Part shown: piece after piece, positions 18,837-28,645 of the stretch
How positions within the stretch are numbered: position 1 is the first letter of the stretch
How the letters are laid out: every line of letters starts with the position of its first letter
Assembly: GCA_963736115.1 (NCBI GenBank)
Contig: CAVTNR010000012.1
Location: forward strand, 128,001 to 192,000
DNA length: 64,000 nucleotides
DNA from: an uncultured bacterium
GTDB taxonomy: Bacteria > Zhuqueibacterota > QNDG01 > DTFT01
Reading direction: 5' to 3'
Made by a program: the position numbers and the translations under genes
The notes under the pieces: generated by a model
Seen by the model: the letters and a program-made list of their open reading frames with translations, nothing else
Told to the model about the DNA's origin: nothing
Database searches by the model: none

Positions 18837-20714
18837 GTGATCGAAACACGGTTTCGACGGATTTGCGCAGCTGCCCTGCTGGCCGCGCTTCCGGTCGCCG
18901 CATGGGCCGCGTCCGCGGCGGGCCGCCCGAAAGTCGCGGTCTATATCCGCTCCTACGAGGTCCGGGAAATGAAGGATCCCGCCTGGCTCGAGTCCAGGTG
19001 GAAAACCGTGTCCGACCGGCTCAAGGTGGACAAGGTGTATATCGAAACGCACCGAGACACCCTCATGCCGGACCGGGAAACCGTTCTGGCCGTCAAGCGT
19101 TTCTTCGAATCCAGGGGCGTGGAAACCGCCGGCGGAATCACGCTCACGCTCAACGAGCGGAACCGCTTCAAGACCTTCTGCTACACACGGCCGGACCTGC
19201 GGCGTAAGACGGCGGACATCATCTCCTTCACGGCCGGCCTGTTCGACGAGGTCATTCTCGATGATTTCTTCTTCACCAACTGCAAATGCGCATCCTGCAT
19301 CAAGGCGAAGGGAAAACGGTCGTGGTCGCGTTTCCGCCTCGATCTCATGGAGGAGGTCAGCAGGAATCTGATTCTCAAGCCTGCGAGAGCGGCAAACCCC
19401 CGCGTGAAAATGGTGATCAAGTACCCGAACTGGTACGAGCACTTCCACGCCCTCGGCTTCAACCTGGAGGCCGAGCCTCCGCTTTTCGACGGCATTTACA
19501 CGGGCACGGAAACTCGCGACCCGGTCATCACCCAGCAGCATCTCCAGCCCTATGAAAGCTATCTCATATTCCGTTACCTGGAGAACGTGAAACCTGGAGC
19601 CAATCTCGGCGGATGGGTGGACACGGGCGCGATACGCGACCTGGACCGCTACGCAGAGCAGATCTGGCTTACGCTTTTCGCCAAGGCGCCGGAGCTCACG
19701 CTGTTCGATTTCCGCCAGATGCTGAGGCCCATCAACCCGTCCCTGCGGGCGGCCTGGCAGGGCCAGGGGACCCGCTTCGACTTCGACGCAATGGTCGCGC
19801 CCTTCCTCGGACCGGACGGGACGTGGCCGCAGGAAACGCCCATGGCCCTGGCCGCGCAGCACGCGCTTTCGGCCGTGGAGGGCACGCTCGGGCTTCTGGG
19901 GAATCCCCTCGGCGTGAAGAGCTTCAGGCCGGTTCATTCGACAGGGGAGGATTTCCTGCACAATTTCATCGGCATGTGCGGCGTTCCCATGGACCTTTCA
20001 CCCGCATTCCCCTCCGGCACCGGAACGCTTTTCCTCGCCGAAACAGCCGCCGCTGATCCGATGATCACGGACCGGATCCGGGAGCGGCTGTCGGCGGGCG
20101 CCTCGGTGATCATCACCTCCGGTCTCCTTCACGCCCTCCGGAACAGAGGCATCGGTGATATCGTGGAAATGGACGTCACGGGCAAAAAGACTTTGGCTTC
20201 GGATTTCGTCGCCGGATGGGCGCCGCCTGTTCGGTCGGAGAAGCCGATTCTTCTCCCCCAGATCGCGTACCGGACCAACGACTCCTGGGAGGAAGTGTCC
20301 TTTCTTTCGAACGGGATGGGCTGGCCCCTGCTCCACGAGGCTGATTACGCGTCCGGCCGGCTGTACGTGCTGGCGGTTCCGGACAATCCCGCGGATCTCT
20401 ACGATCTTCCGGCCGGCGCCTTGAACCGAATCCGCCAGGTCCTGTCGGCCGGGCTCCCCGTCCGGATGGAAGGGCCGTCGCGCATCAGCCTGTTCCTGTA
20501 CGACAACGGCATCTGCATCGCTCACTCATTCCGGGATGAGCCTTCGGACATCGTTCTGGTCGGAGACGGCCGCTTCAAGTCGCTCGTCGACGCGGACTCG
20601 GGCCTGCCGGTAAATGGAGAAGCGCGGAAGGACTTTTGGGGGCGGGAAACCGGAGAACAGGCCTTTCCCGTGACAGTGAAGCCGCACTCGTTCCGGGTGT
20701 TCCGGCTCGAATGA
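18837..20714 (+). CDS. Uncharacterised secreted protein, probable TIM-barrel glycoside hydrolase-like
   Basis: GTG start after GGAGGA (ATG 18822 alternative); signal peptide; ILDDFFFTNCKCASC, IKYPNWYEH, YTGTETRD. Confidence 0.7.
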   Translation: MIETRFRRICAAALLAALPVAAWAASAAGRPKVAVYIRSYEVREMKDPAWLESRWKTVSDRLKVDKVYIETHRDTLMPDRETVLAVKRFFESRGVETAGGITLTLNERNRFKTFCYTRPDLRRKTADIISFTAGLFDEVILDDFFFTNCKCASCIKAKGKRSWSRFRLDLMEEVSRNLILKPARAANPRVKMVIKYPNWYEHFHALGFNLEAEPPLFDGIYTGTETRDPVITQQHLQPYESYLIFRYLENVKPGANLGGWVDTGAIRDLDRYAEQIWLTLFAKAPELTLFDFRQMLRPINPSLRAAWQGQGTRFDFDAMVAPFLGPDGTWPQETPMALAAQHALSAVEGTLGLLGNPLGVKSFRPVHSTGEDFLHNFIGMCGVPMDLSPAFPSGTGTLFLAETAAADPMITDRIRERLSAGASVIITSGLLHALRNRGIGDIVEMDVTGKKTLASDFVAGWAPPVRSEKPILLPQIAYRTNDSWEEVSFLSNGMGWPLLHEADYASGRLYVLAVPDNPADLYDLPAGALNRIRQVLSAGLPVRMEGPSRISLFLYDNGICIAHSFRDEPSDIVLVGDGRFKSLVDADSGLPVNGEARKDFWGRETGEQAFPVTVKPHSFRVFRLE

Positions 20715-20792
20715 AGGACCGGACTCCGCTTGGAATTCACCCTTCAGGGTTTCATTCATGAAAGGCTGAATTCCGGGATCCCTTCCAAAACG

Positions 20793-20832
20793 AAACCTCC
20801 CGCGGGTTCGAACAACCCCCGGGAGGTTTTTC
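20793..20832. terminator. Probable bidirectional intrinsic terminator between convergent genes
   Basis: AAACCTCCCGCGGGTT...AACCCCCGGGAGGTTTTT stem with A/T tails. Confidence 0.55.
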
Positions 20833-20842
20833 CTTTGGCCTG

Positions 20843-20877
20843 CAGACCTGAAAGGTCTTGAAGACCTTTCAGGTCTG
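20843..20877. repeat. REP-like palindrome CAGACCTGAAAGGTCTTGAAGACCTTTCAGGTCTG
   Basis: Copy of 17965-17996. Confidence 0.8.
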
Positions 20878-20882
20878 GCTTT

Positions 20883-23084
20883 TCAGAACTCATATCCCAG
20901 CGAAACCCGGTACAGCGGCGCATCCTCCCCGGACCGGCGCGACAAAGACCATTGGAGCGGTCCGAACGGCGTCAGCAGTCCCGCGGATGCGCCCCAGCAG
21001 GTCACTTCTCCGCCGCCTCTCCAAAGCTCCTCCACCTTCATTCCCGTCCGCAGATAGCCCGCTTCAGCGGTGACGAAAACCAACTCCCTCGGCTCGATGC
21101 GCAAGCCGATCCGGATGGCCGCCGCGGAACGGCCACTCTCGGACATGAACACCAGACCCGGGAAGGGGATGTAATTCAGCCCCGGTCCGGGAAGTCCTCC
21201 GATCCGGAAAACCTGCTCCTCGACCGCCCGCTTCTGATCCATCCAACCCGCCCACGCATCCGTCAGAAACACGACTCCGGCCGCGAGCGGCGCCGCATTC
21301 CGGAATGAACCGGTCAATTGCCGGAACACCGCTTCGTCGTTGATAAATTCAGGCACTTCGCGGTATTCGAGCTTGAGCCTGGAGCCGCGCCGGGGAAAGA
21401 CCAGGCGGTCCAGATCATCCCGTTTGAGAAAAACCGTCAGCCCGCTGTACCGATACGCGGCATCCGGCCATTCCTCGTCCGATGGAAGCCAGGAGGGCTT
21501 TTTCTCGACCCTGCGATAGAATACGCCCAGGCCGATCAATGATTCATTGGAAAGAAGCCCTTCCACGCGGCCGTCCGCCTCGAGCTGACGCATTCTGTAC
21601 TGGGCGTCCAGCCGGTTCGACTTGTACTCATCCTGCGTCCACTCCTGAAACCGGTACTCGCTTCCGAAGGTCAGCCCCGGATCCCAGCCGATGTCCGTAA
21701 AAAATGCCGCGCGGAATCCCACATGCCGTCCAAGCCTCGCGTCGAAGAGCTGGCGCGACCCCGGACCGAGTTTATTGCGAAGGGTCAGGTTGAACAGAAG
21801 GGCTGTTTCATTGTCCGAATCATAACGCAGGCCGAACCGAATTTCATCCAGCGACCGTTCCGAAACCTCGATCACCAGCTGGCTCCCGGACGTCCTTTCC
21901 TTCAGGCGGTACGAGACTCGCTTGAAAAAACCGCTGCCGTACACCTTTTCCACGGCCGCGTCGATGTCGTCGGCCGTCAGGTGGGCCGGCAGGTTCAGCA
22001 TGAGTCGGCCTACCACCACTTTCCGCGCCACGTGCCTGAGGCCCTCGACGCGCAGGGACGTCACATGCGCGCGGCGTCCGGCCGAAGGAGCCGAAGGCCT
22101 TTCCGGCGCAGGACCGCAGGCAGCCAGCCGTTCCGCAAGGCTGTCCAGCCGGCCGGATACCCGCCGCGCCGCCCGTTCGCCGATGGCGATCAGGCTGTCC
22201 ACATCATTGAAGCTCAACAGGTGATACCCTTCCAGATCCGGGTCGATGAGAATGTCGCATTGCCGCCGCTGTTCCGCGACGGTTGTGACATTGACCAGGG
22301 ACACGGCCTGGTTGACGATGCGGGTCATGTCCCATCCTGTGGCGTCCGGCGGATTCCGGGGCGTATGGACGTCCACGCCGATGACGATGTCCGCGCCCAT
22401 GTCTCGGGCATCCGAGACTGGGAAGTTGTGGACGATGCCGCCGTCGACCAGCAGGCGTCCGTCCAGTTCCACCGGCGTGAACGCGGTGGGGATGGCCATG
22501 CTGGCCCGGATGGCCGCGGGCAAATGCCCGCTTTTCAGGACCACGGCCTCTCCGGTACCGATGTCCGCGGCGACGCACAGAAAGGGTATCGGGAAAAGAC
22601 TGAAATCAGGAATTTCATGCACGGACCAGGTGAGACGGTTCAGCAGTGCCAGCAGTTTCTGGCCTGGAATCAGGCCGGACGGAAGCTCGATGCGGCGGCC
22701 GGAAATCGGGAAAAATCCCATGATCTTCCCGTCTTCCTCCTTTTCGGGCATGGACAGGGCGCGCCTCGGGACCGGATCGAGCAGGAGGTCGTTCCAGTTC
22801 ACGGACCGGGCTATGGCATCGAGCCGTTCCGCGTCATACCCGACGGCATAGAGCCCTCCGATCACCGCGCCCATGCTGGTTCCGGCGATGCAGTCGACCG
22901 CAATGCCTTTTTCTTCCAGCACTTTCAGCACGCCGATATGGGCCAGTCCCTTGGCGCCCCCGCCGCTCAGGGCCAGGCCCACTTTTGGCCGCGTCTTGAG
23001 CGTCTGGCCGTCCGTACCGGCGGACAGGCAGAGGCAGAACGAGATGCACCAGCAGAAAATGAAGCCAGGCCTGAAACCCATCAT
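20883..23084 (-). CDS. Patatin-like phospholipase + POTRA + Omp85-like barrel (PlpD/type Vd-like)
   Basis: LALSGGGAKG, GTSMG, DGG motifs; POTRA-like segment (VEGLRHV...YGSGFF..V.Y); C-terminal YEF. Confidence 0.9.
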   Translation of the reverse strand: MMGFRPGFIFCWCISFCLCLSAGTDGQTLKTRPKVGLALSGGGAKGLAHIGVLKVLEEKGIAVDCIAGTSMGAVIGGLYAVGYDAERLDAIARSVNWNDLLLDPVPRRALSMPEKEEDGKIMGFFPISGRRIELPSGLIPGQKLLALLNRLTWSVHEIPDFSLFPIPFLCVAADIGTGEAVVLKSGHLPAAIRASMAIPTAFTPVELDGRLLVDGGIVHNFPVSDARDMGADIVIGVDVHTPRNPPDATGWDMTRIVNQAVSLVNVTTVAEQRRQCDILIDPDLEGYHLLSFNDVDSLIAIGERAARRVSGRLDSLAERLAACGPAPERPSAPSAGRRAHVTSLRVEGLRHVARKVVVGRLMLNLPAHLTADDIDAAVEKVYGSGFFKRVSYRLKERTSGSQLVIEVSERSLDEIRFGLRYDSDNETALLFNLTLRNKLGPGSRQLFDARLGRHVGFRAAFFTDIGWDPGLTFGSEYRFQEWTQDEYKSNRLDAQYRMRQLEADGRVEGLLSNESLIGLGVFYRRVEKKPSWLPSDEEWPDAAYRYSGLTVFLKRDDLDRLVFPRRGSRLKLEYREVPEFINDEAVFRQLTGSFRNAAPLAAGVVFLTDAWAGWMDQKRAVEEQVFRIGGLPGPGLNYIPFPGLVFMSESGRSAAAIRIGLRIEPRELVFVTAEAGYLRTGMKVEELWRGGGEVTCWGASAGLLTPFGPLQWSLSRRSGEDAPLYRVSLGYEF

Positions 23085-23374
23085 GAACAACGCCTCACTT
23101 GTTCGTCGGTTTTCATCCGCAGGATCGACAGCATGAGATGTGGTTTGTGGTAATATACGAAAAACAGGAACTGGAAACCGGGAATTCTGCACACACATTA
23201 AAAAGAAGAAGGGGCCGGATGTAAAAACGGCCCCTTCAGAACACGGAGGAAGGAAAAGAGGAAAATCGACGCGGTTCATACGCTCCGGGAGGCATCGAGC
23301 CTCCCGGAGCGTTTCGTTTCATGCCGGGCCCCGTGATCGCAGGTCGTACTGCCTTCGACCCCGGGGTCGATTTC

Positions 23375-24625
23375 TTACAGCCCGGTCAGAACCGCTTCGA
23401 CCGGTTCGGCCGGGCCGGGCTGAACGGACTTTCCGTTCCCTTTCCTGTACAGGATGGAAAATCCGGCCGCGGCCAGCAGGCCGAGTCCGCCCACGGCCGG
23501 CCAGAACACATCCGGGCCCAACCGGTCATAGCTCCAGGTACCGGCCGCCGGAGCGACAACCAGGGCCAGGGAGAATGTCAGCGAGTACAGCCCCATGACG
23601 GAACCCGTACGGCCGGCCGGCGTCCGTGCCGCCACCCAGGCCGAAGACGGCGAAAAAATCATCATTTCGCCCGCGGTCAAAAGCAGGGTCGCGGCCAGAA
23701 TGGACTCGAACCGGCTCATCCAGGGCAGGGAGGCGAATGCCAACGCGACCAGAACGGTTCCGATCCGTATGAAACGGAGCGGAGGATAGCGCTCGATCCG
23801 CCTCATGAGGGGCATTTCCATGAGAACAATCATGAGCGCATTCGCCGTCATCAGAAGCCCGATACGGCTTTCGGCGAGTCCGTGCACATTCTTCAGATAC
23901 AGCGACCAGGTGCCGAATATCTGGCAGAACATCAGGGTCACACAGAACAGAAGCCCCAGGAAGGCCAGCAGCCGGCCGTCCCGTAACACGGACGGGCCGG
24001 GCCGGGAATTCATGCCCGATCGCGCCGCGCTCCGTCCTCCGCCCGGAAGACGGAGCATAACCGCGGCCGCTGCCAGGGACGTCAAGCCATCCACCCAGAA
24101 CAGGCATGTATAACAGCCCGAAGCTGCGAAGAATCCTCCCAGAACCGGGCCCACCGCGAATCCGAGATTGTGGGCCAGACGCAGGAGCGTGAACCCCCTG
24201 ACCCTGCTCTTCTCTCCGCAAGCCTCGGCAAAGGCCGTGATGTTCGCGGGTCTGAACGACTCGGAAAGCAGGGACAGTATAAAAACAGCCGCGACCAGGA
24301 CCGCGGGGCCGTCCATAAATCCCAGAAGTATAAATCCGGCGCCGGACGCGGCCAGGCTCGCCGTCTGCACGGCTTTGGTACCCAGACGGTCCGACAGCCA
24401 CCCGCCGATATAGGACCCGGCCAGAGATCCGAGACCCCAGACGCTGACCATTCTGCCGGCTTCGACGACGGAGAAGCCCTTCTGCGAAGTCAGGTAAAGC
24501 GGCAGAAAGAAGAACACCATGCTGCCGGACCGGTTGATCAGAACCACCAGGGCCATCCACCAGGCCCGGCCCGGAAGACCGCTGAAGGCGTCCGTGTAAC
24601 GACGGATCCAGTTATTCGGTTGCAT
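23375..24625 (-). CDS. MFS transporter (drug/H+ antiporter-like)
   Basis: About 12 hydrophobic segments; motif A GWLSDRLGTK. Confidence 0.9.
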   Translation of the reverse strand: MQPNNWIRRYTDAFSGLPGRAWWMALVVLINRSGSMVFFFLPLYLTSQKGFSVVEAGRMVSVWGLGSLAGSYIGGWLSDRLGTKAVQTASLAASGAGFILLGFMDGPAVLVAAVFILSLLSESFRPANITAFAEACGEKSRVRGFTLLRLAHNLGFAVGPVLGGFFAASGCYTCLFWVDGLTSLAAAAVMLRLPGGGRSAARSGMNSRPGPSVLRDGRLLAFLGLLFCVTLMFCQIFGTWSLYLKNVHGLAESRIGLLMTANALMIVLMEMPLMRRIERYPPLRFIRIGTVLVALAFASLPWMSRFESILAATLLLTAGEMMIFSPSSAWVAARTPAGRTGSVMGLYSLTFSLALVVAPAAGTWSYDRLGPDVFWPAVGGLGLLAAAGFSILYRKGNGKSVQPGPAEPVEAVLTGL

Positions 24626-24721
24626 GGGTTTTCCAGTCTCACATTTCATGTCCGTTTGGGAAGCCGGCGCGTGCCTTACCCGCCGGTCCGGAAACGGGAT
24701 GGTTGTTGAATTTGGTATGCC

Positions 24722-24750
24722 AATTTAATATTTAGTATATACTAAGTCAA
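24722..24750 (-). promoter_or_regulatory. Sigma70 promoter of MFS gene with palindromic operator TTAGTATATACTAA in the spacer
   Basis: Minus strand TTGACT-N17-TAAATT; perfect 14-bp palindrome 24732-24745. Confidence 0.65.
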
Positions 24751-24781
24751 GAAGAAAATACTATTCTTTGTTCATTTTTTG

Positions 24782-24810
24782 TTGAATTCATCTATCCTAT
24801 TGATTATCTT
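24782..24810 (+). promoter_or_regulatory. Sigma70-like promoter of XRE regulator
   Basis: TTGAAT-N17-TATCTT. Confidence 0.5.
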
Positions 24811-24862
24811 GAGGGCGCACCCGGCCGGTCCCTCCCCCGGCCTTTATCCTGGAGGTTCCCGG

Positions 24863-25471
24863 ATGGACAGACACATCGTGCCTGCGTTCGACCCCCTCAT
24901 GCTCGGCAAGCGCGCCCAACGCGTCCGCATGGAAAAGAGCATGAGCATCGAAGCCCTGGCCGCGGCGGCCGGAGTGAACAAGAACACCGTGGTTCGTTTT
25001 GAAAAGGGCCTGTCCACGCGCATGGACACCGTGTACCGCATCTGCGGCGTGCTCGGCGTGTCGCCACTCCATCTCGTGGAAGGGGGACTGGTGCAGGGCA
25101 AGGACTATGACATCAAGAAGCATGCTGCCCAGGAAAAGTCGCGCCAGGTGCACCGGAAGGATCGCGTCCGTCGCGAGGTCATGCACGGCATGACCGTGGG
25201 CGACCTCAATTACCGCCTTCCCGGCGGCCGGTTGTCCGCCAAGGTGCTGGAGATCACGGGCCGGGGCGCCACGCATTCGCATCCGGGAGAGGAACTGCTC
25301 TTCTGCCTGACCGGATCCGTGGGATTCGAAATCAGCGAAGTAAAAGGGGTGCTGAAAAAGGGCGACGCGGTTTTCTTCTGGGGCACGGAGCCGCACGCGT
25401 ATTTCAACGCGGACGACGGGAAGGATTTGTCCGTGGCGCTGTCGGTGATCGTGGGGGGAGAGGAAAAGTAA
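24863..25471 (+). CDS. XRE-family HTH + cupin transcriptional regulator
   Basis: SD GGAGG; HTH MSIEALAAAAGVNKNTVVRFEKG; cupin HSHPGEE...G...PH. Confidence 0.9.
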   Translation: MDRHIVPAFDPLMLGKRAQRVRMEKSMSIEALAAAAGVNKNTVVRFEKGLSTRMDTVYRICGVLGVSPLHLVEGGLVQGKDYDIKKHAAQEKSRQVHRKDRVRREVMHGMTVGDLNYRLPGGRLSAKVLEITGRGATHSHPGEELLFCLTGSVGFEISEVKGVLKKGDAVFFWGTEPHAYFNADDGKDLSVALSVIVGGEEK

Positions 25472-25474
25472 AGA

Positions 25475-25550
25475 AGTTCATAGTTGAGAGTTCATGGTTC
25501 ATAGAAAGACAAGTTTTTATGGGCTTTCTGCGCTTTTACGAACTATGAAC
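25475..25550. repeat. Heptamer tandem repeat (AGTTCAT)n with short inverted copy
   Basis: agttcat-agttgag-agttcat-ggttcat-ag, then aactatgaac. Confidence 0.55.
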
Positions 25551-25576
25551 AATACACTCTGAATTGGGTGAATGGT

Positions 25577-25614
25577 AAAACGGGAACTTTCCGAAAAAAG
25601 GTTCCCGTCTTTTT
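25577..25614. terminator. Probable intrinsic terminator (possibly bidirectional)
   Basis: AAAACGGGAACTTT...AAGGTTCCCGTCTTTTT between convergent genes. Confidence 0.6.
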
Positions 25615-25670
25615 ATTCTCCCGGGTCCATCCGCTTCTATTCGACGGCATGCCGCCGCGTTTCGGAGTGA

Positions 25671-27746
25671 TCAGCCATCCTCCAGTTCCACCGCCAGGCA
25701 TCCCGGTTCCGACATGCCCTGTTCATCGTAAATCGCTGAATTCCCTTTGTACTCCTCCCAATCGGCCATATGCCGGACCACCCTGGCTCTGAACACCTCC
25801 GCGGAGTCCGGATGGAACACGCAGAACGGGCACACCCAGTTTCCGCTGACCATGTTGTGAACCGAGACTTCGAAACGTCCCAACGTGCTGTCCCAGGTGC
25901 CGGGATTTCCGAGTACGGTTCCCGGCGAGACCATGTCGCCCGTTTCGACGCGCGGGTTCCGGACATGGTCGTAGCATACCGTCCAAAGGGGATTTCGAAC
26001 GGACCGGACCAGAATTTCATAATCCTGCATTTCGCTCTGGTAGTTGAATTGCTCAACCCGGCCTTCGGCTATGGCGGTGACAAGAGCATCCTTGACGATC
26101 TTGTACTCAAAGGTGTTCAGCACCTTCGTCTGGCCGCCTCCGGCCGGCACGACATCGCCGAACTCGCTGAAGAGTTTCAGTTCACCCGACTTGAAAAGGA
26201 AGTCGCCGGCCCGGTTGGTCGAACGGTTCCATGGAGCGAAACGAACTCCAAGTCCATGGATGAAGAATGCGGGAACCAATTCCGGAATTTCCGCGTGGTT
26301 TACGACTTCCGCGGCGCAGCCGGGCATCGCCTGCGCCGACTCGTCGTAAACCGCCGGGTCCCCCTTGAACACTTCCCAATCGGACATCAATCGCGCCGCC
26401 TTTGCCTTGACCGCGTCGACCGTGACGGGATCGAACAGGCTGAACGGGCAATGCGAGAATCGGTTCGTCGTGTTGATGATCATGAACTGGAACCGTCCGA
26501 GATCATCGTCCCAGTCTCCCGGATTGCCCAGGACGACGCCCGCGGGAATCGTGTCGTTGAGAGTGACCGCCGGATTCCGTATGTGCCCGTAATAAACGTC
26601 CCATTGAGGATCCACGGCCGAACGGACGGTGATGCCGTAATCCTGTGTGTCCTCCCGAAAATCCATCTGAACGACTCGGCCCGAAGCTACGCTTCTAACG
26701 GACGCATTTTTCAAGACACGGCATTCGAAAGCGGGAAAATCCCGGGCCGCGCCGGTTGCATCCGTCACCCGGGCCCCGAATTCCACGAATACCCTGTCTT
26801 CCCCGGTTTTGAACAGAAAGTCACCCGCCCGGTTTGTGGATGGATTCCAGGGGCCGAATTCAACGCCGAGATTACGGACCAGGAACTCGGTCTCCTCGGC
26901 CGGAACCGGATCCGGATCGGGGCCCGGGTCAGGATTCGGATCTTCTCCGGGATCCGGATCCGGTATTGCGATATCCGCTTCCGTATCGCTCAGGGACAGA
27001 ATTCGGCAACCGGTCGTCTCCTGGCCTTCCTGGTTATAGATCGCCGCATCTTTCTTGAATGCCTCCCAATCGGCCATATGCCGGGCCAGCTTCGCACCGA
27101 TGGATTCCACGTCGGATGAATCGAGGAAGCTCAACGGGCAGTACGAATACCGGTCTGTCGTATTGACGACCATGATCTGAAATCGCCCGAGATCGTCGCT
27201 CCATCGCCCGGCGATTCCCAGACGGCTCCCCGCGAAAACCGTGTCCCCGACAGCGACTTCCGGCTCCCGGACATGACTGTAGCATACGTCCCAACGGGGA
27301 TCCGCGATCGATCGGGTCAGTATCCGGTATTCCCCGGTTTGACTCCGGATATTCAACTCCACAACACGGCTCTTGGCCACAGCATGAACGGGCGTATTCC
27401 GGACGATTCTGTACTCGAAAGCCGGGAACGCCTTAACCCGGCCATCCGAGGTTGTTTCCCTCGACCCGAATTCAATGAATACTTTGCGTTCTCCGGATTT
27501 GAACAGAAAGTCGCCCGCCCGGTTGGTGACCCGGTTCCAAGGGCCGAATTCCACGCCAAGCCCGCGGAGAACGAAAATGGAGTCCTCAACCGGCAATGGG
27601 TCCGGCACCGTGTTTCCGTCCATATTGTTATTTTCGGGTTCGGTGCTCTTCTGGCAGAAAAGAAGAAACAGGAGGCCCGTCAGAGCCAGTGTGGTTCCCA
27701 GGCTCCATGAGGTCACAAATGCCGGATGTCGAAGCGGGGATCGCAT
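25671..27746 (-). CDS. Lipoprotein with three tandem degenerate M23/LytM-fold repeats
   Basis: Lipobox LLFC-QKSTEP; three ~200-aa repeats LGV.F.PWN..TNRAGDFLFK.GE...Y.H.R.P.V...D....G..LG..G.W...LGRF...CP...DWE..K...IY...GC; Pro-Asp linker. Confidence 0.8.
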   Translation of the reverse strand: MRSPLRHPAFVTSWSLGTTLALTGLLFLLFCQKSTEPENNNMDGNTVPDPLPVEDSIFVLRGLGVEFGPWNRVTNRAGDFLFKSGERKVFIEFGSRETTSDGRVKAFPAFEYRIVRNTPVHAVAKSRVVELNIRSQTGEYRILTRSIADPRWDVCYSHVREPEVAVGDTVFAGSRLGIAGRWSDDLGRFQIMVVNTTDRYSYCPLSFLDSSDVESIGAKLARHMADWEAFKKDAAIYNQEGQETTGCRILSLSDTEADIAIPDPDPGEDPNPDPGPDPDPVPAEETEFLVRNLGVEFGPWNPSTNRAGDFLFKTGEDRVFVEFGARVTDATGAARDFPAFECRVLKNASVRSVASGRVVQMDFREDTQDYGITVRSAVDPQWDVYYGHIRNPAVTLNDTIPAGVVLGNPGDWDDDLGRFQFMIINTTNRFSHCPFSLFDPVTVDAVKAKAARLMSDWEVFKGDPAVYDESAQAMPGCAAEVVNHAEIPELVPAFFIHGLGVRFAPWNRSTNRAGDFLFKSGELKLFSEFGDVVPAGGGQTKVLNTFEYKIVKDALVTAIAEGRVEQFNYQSEMQDYEILVRSVRNPLWTVCYDHVRNPRVETGDMVSPGTVLGNPGTWDSTLGRFEVSVHNMVSGNWVCPFCVFHPDSAEVFRARVVRHMADWEEYKGNSAIYDEQGMSEPGCLAVELEDG

Positions 27747-27829
27747 TGTAGTTTCCTCCCGGTTTGCCGCACCGACCGCGCAGTATGCGAACCTCCCGAA
27801 GGCTGAAAGTCTTCGGGAGGTCCGGCTAG

Positions 27830-28510
27830 CTAGTATGCATCCGCGATGATCTCCATCCACTTCCCTGCCTCCGCCTGCATCGCCGCGGGCTCCTGGATTT
27901 TCCGGCACACAGCCGATCCGCAGAAAATCCCCTCCCGGTCGTAGGCGGCCAACTCCTTCAGATTGTCCATGGAAATGCCGCCCGTGTAGACCATCCGGAG
28001 GCCTTTGTACGCGCTTTTGTACTGTTTGGACAGCGAATAAAAGCGCGTATGCTCCGTAACCGCGGGGAAAAGCTTGTACACCCATTGGTGGGGATGCTTC
28101 TCCCGCAATTCCTCCAGCTCGCATTTGTACAGGTCCGCCTTCTGAACCAGCTGTTTGCCCGCGTCCGAGAGGCCGCCGGGCACGGCGGTCACGTCGCGCT
28201 CCACACAGGCCGCTACCACCGCCGGAATGTAGTCCGCGGATATGATGCCCGACGCGCCCGCGTCCATGGCCCGTTCCGCCTGCCGGGCCGTCATCACCGT
28301 GCCCGCGTAAATCAGCGCGTCCGGGTGTTTCCGCACCGTTTCGCGTATGCCGTCCAGTGCCTTGTCCGTTCGGAACGCCACTTCCAGAATCACCCCGGCA
28401 GGACCGAGGGTTTCATAAGCCGTGACGCAGTCCTCCACGGACTCCGGCGCGAGAAAAGCCAGGAGTCTGCGGGACTTCAGCAATTCGAAGGCTTTTTCGG
28501 ATTGATTCAT
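27830..28510 (-). CDS. eda: KDPG/KHG aldolase family
   Basis: LEVAFRT, AGTV, Schiff-base KLFPA, TGGI; last gene of pectin cluster. Confidence 0.8.
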   Translation of the reverse strand: MNQSEKAFELLKSRRLLAFLAPESVEDCVTAYETLGPAGVILEVAFRTDKALDGIRETVRKHPDALIYAGTVMTARQAERAMDAGASGIISADYIPAVVAACVERDVTAVPGGLSDAGKQLVQKADLYKCELEELREKHPHQWVYKLFPAVTEHTRFYSLSKQYKSAYKGLRMVYTGGISMDNLKELAAYDREGIFCGSAVCRKIQEPAAMQAEAGKWMEIIADAY

Positions 28511-28645
28511 GATTCCCTTTCATGGAAAATCCAGGGATAAAGGAGCCGGAACGGGGTCGGCCTTTCCAATAATGCTATTATTCTATCATAATCCGTGTCA
28601 ATCCATCCCATCCGCGCCTACGGCGTCCGTGGTCGCTTCTGAAAG

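Noticed and set aside
18050-19207. 385-aa ORF as a nitroreductase fusion
   Set aside because: The tail is out-of-frame read-through over the next gene, caused by the A-run indel
25671-27600. Nucleotide-level repeats as a possible CRISPR array or DGR template/variable pair
   Set aside because: They are in-frame ~600-bp protein domain repeats; no spacers, no adenine-specific pattern noticed, no RT or cas genes
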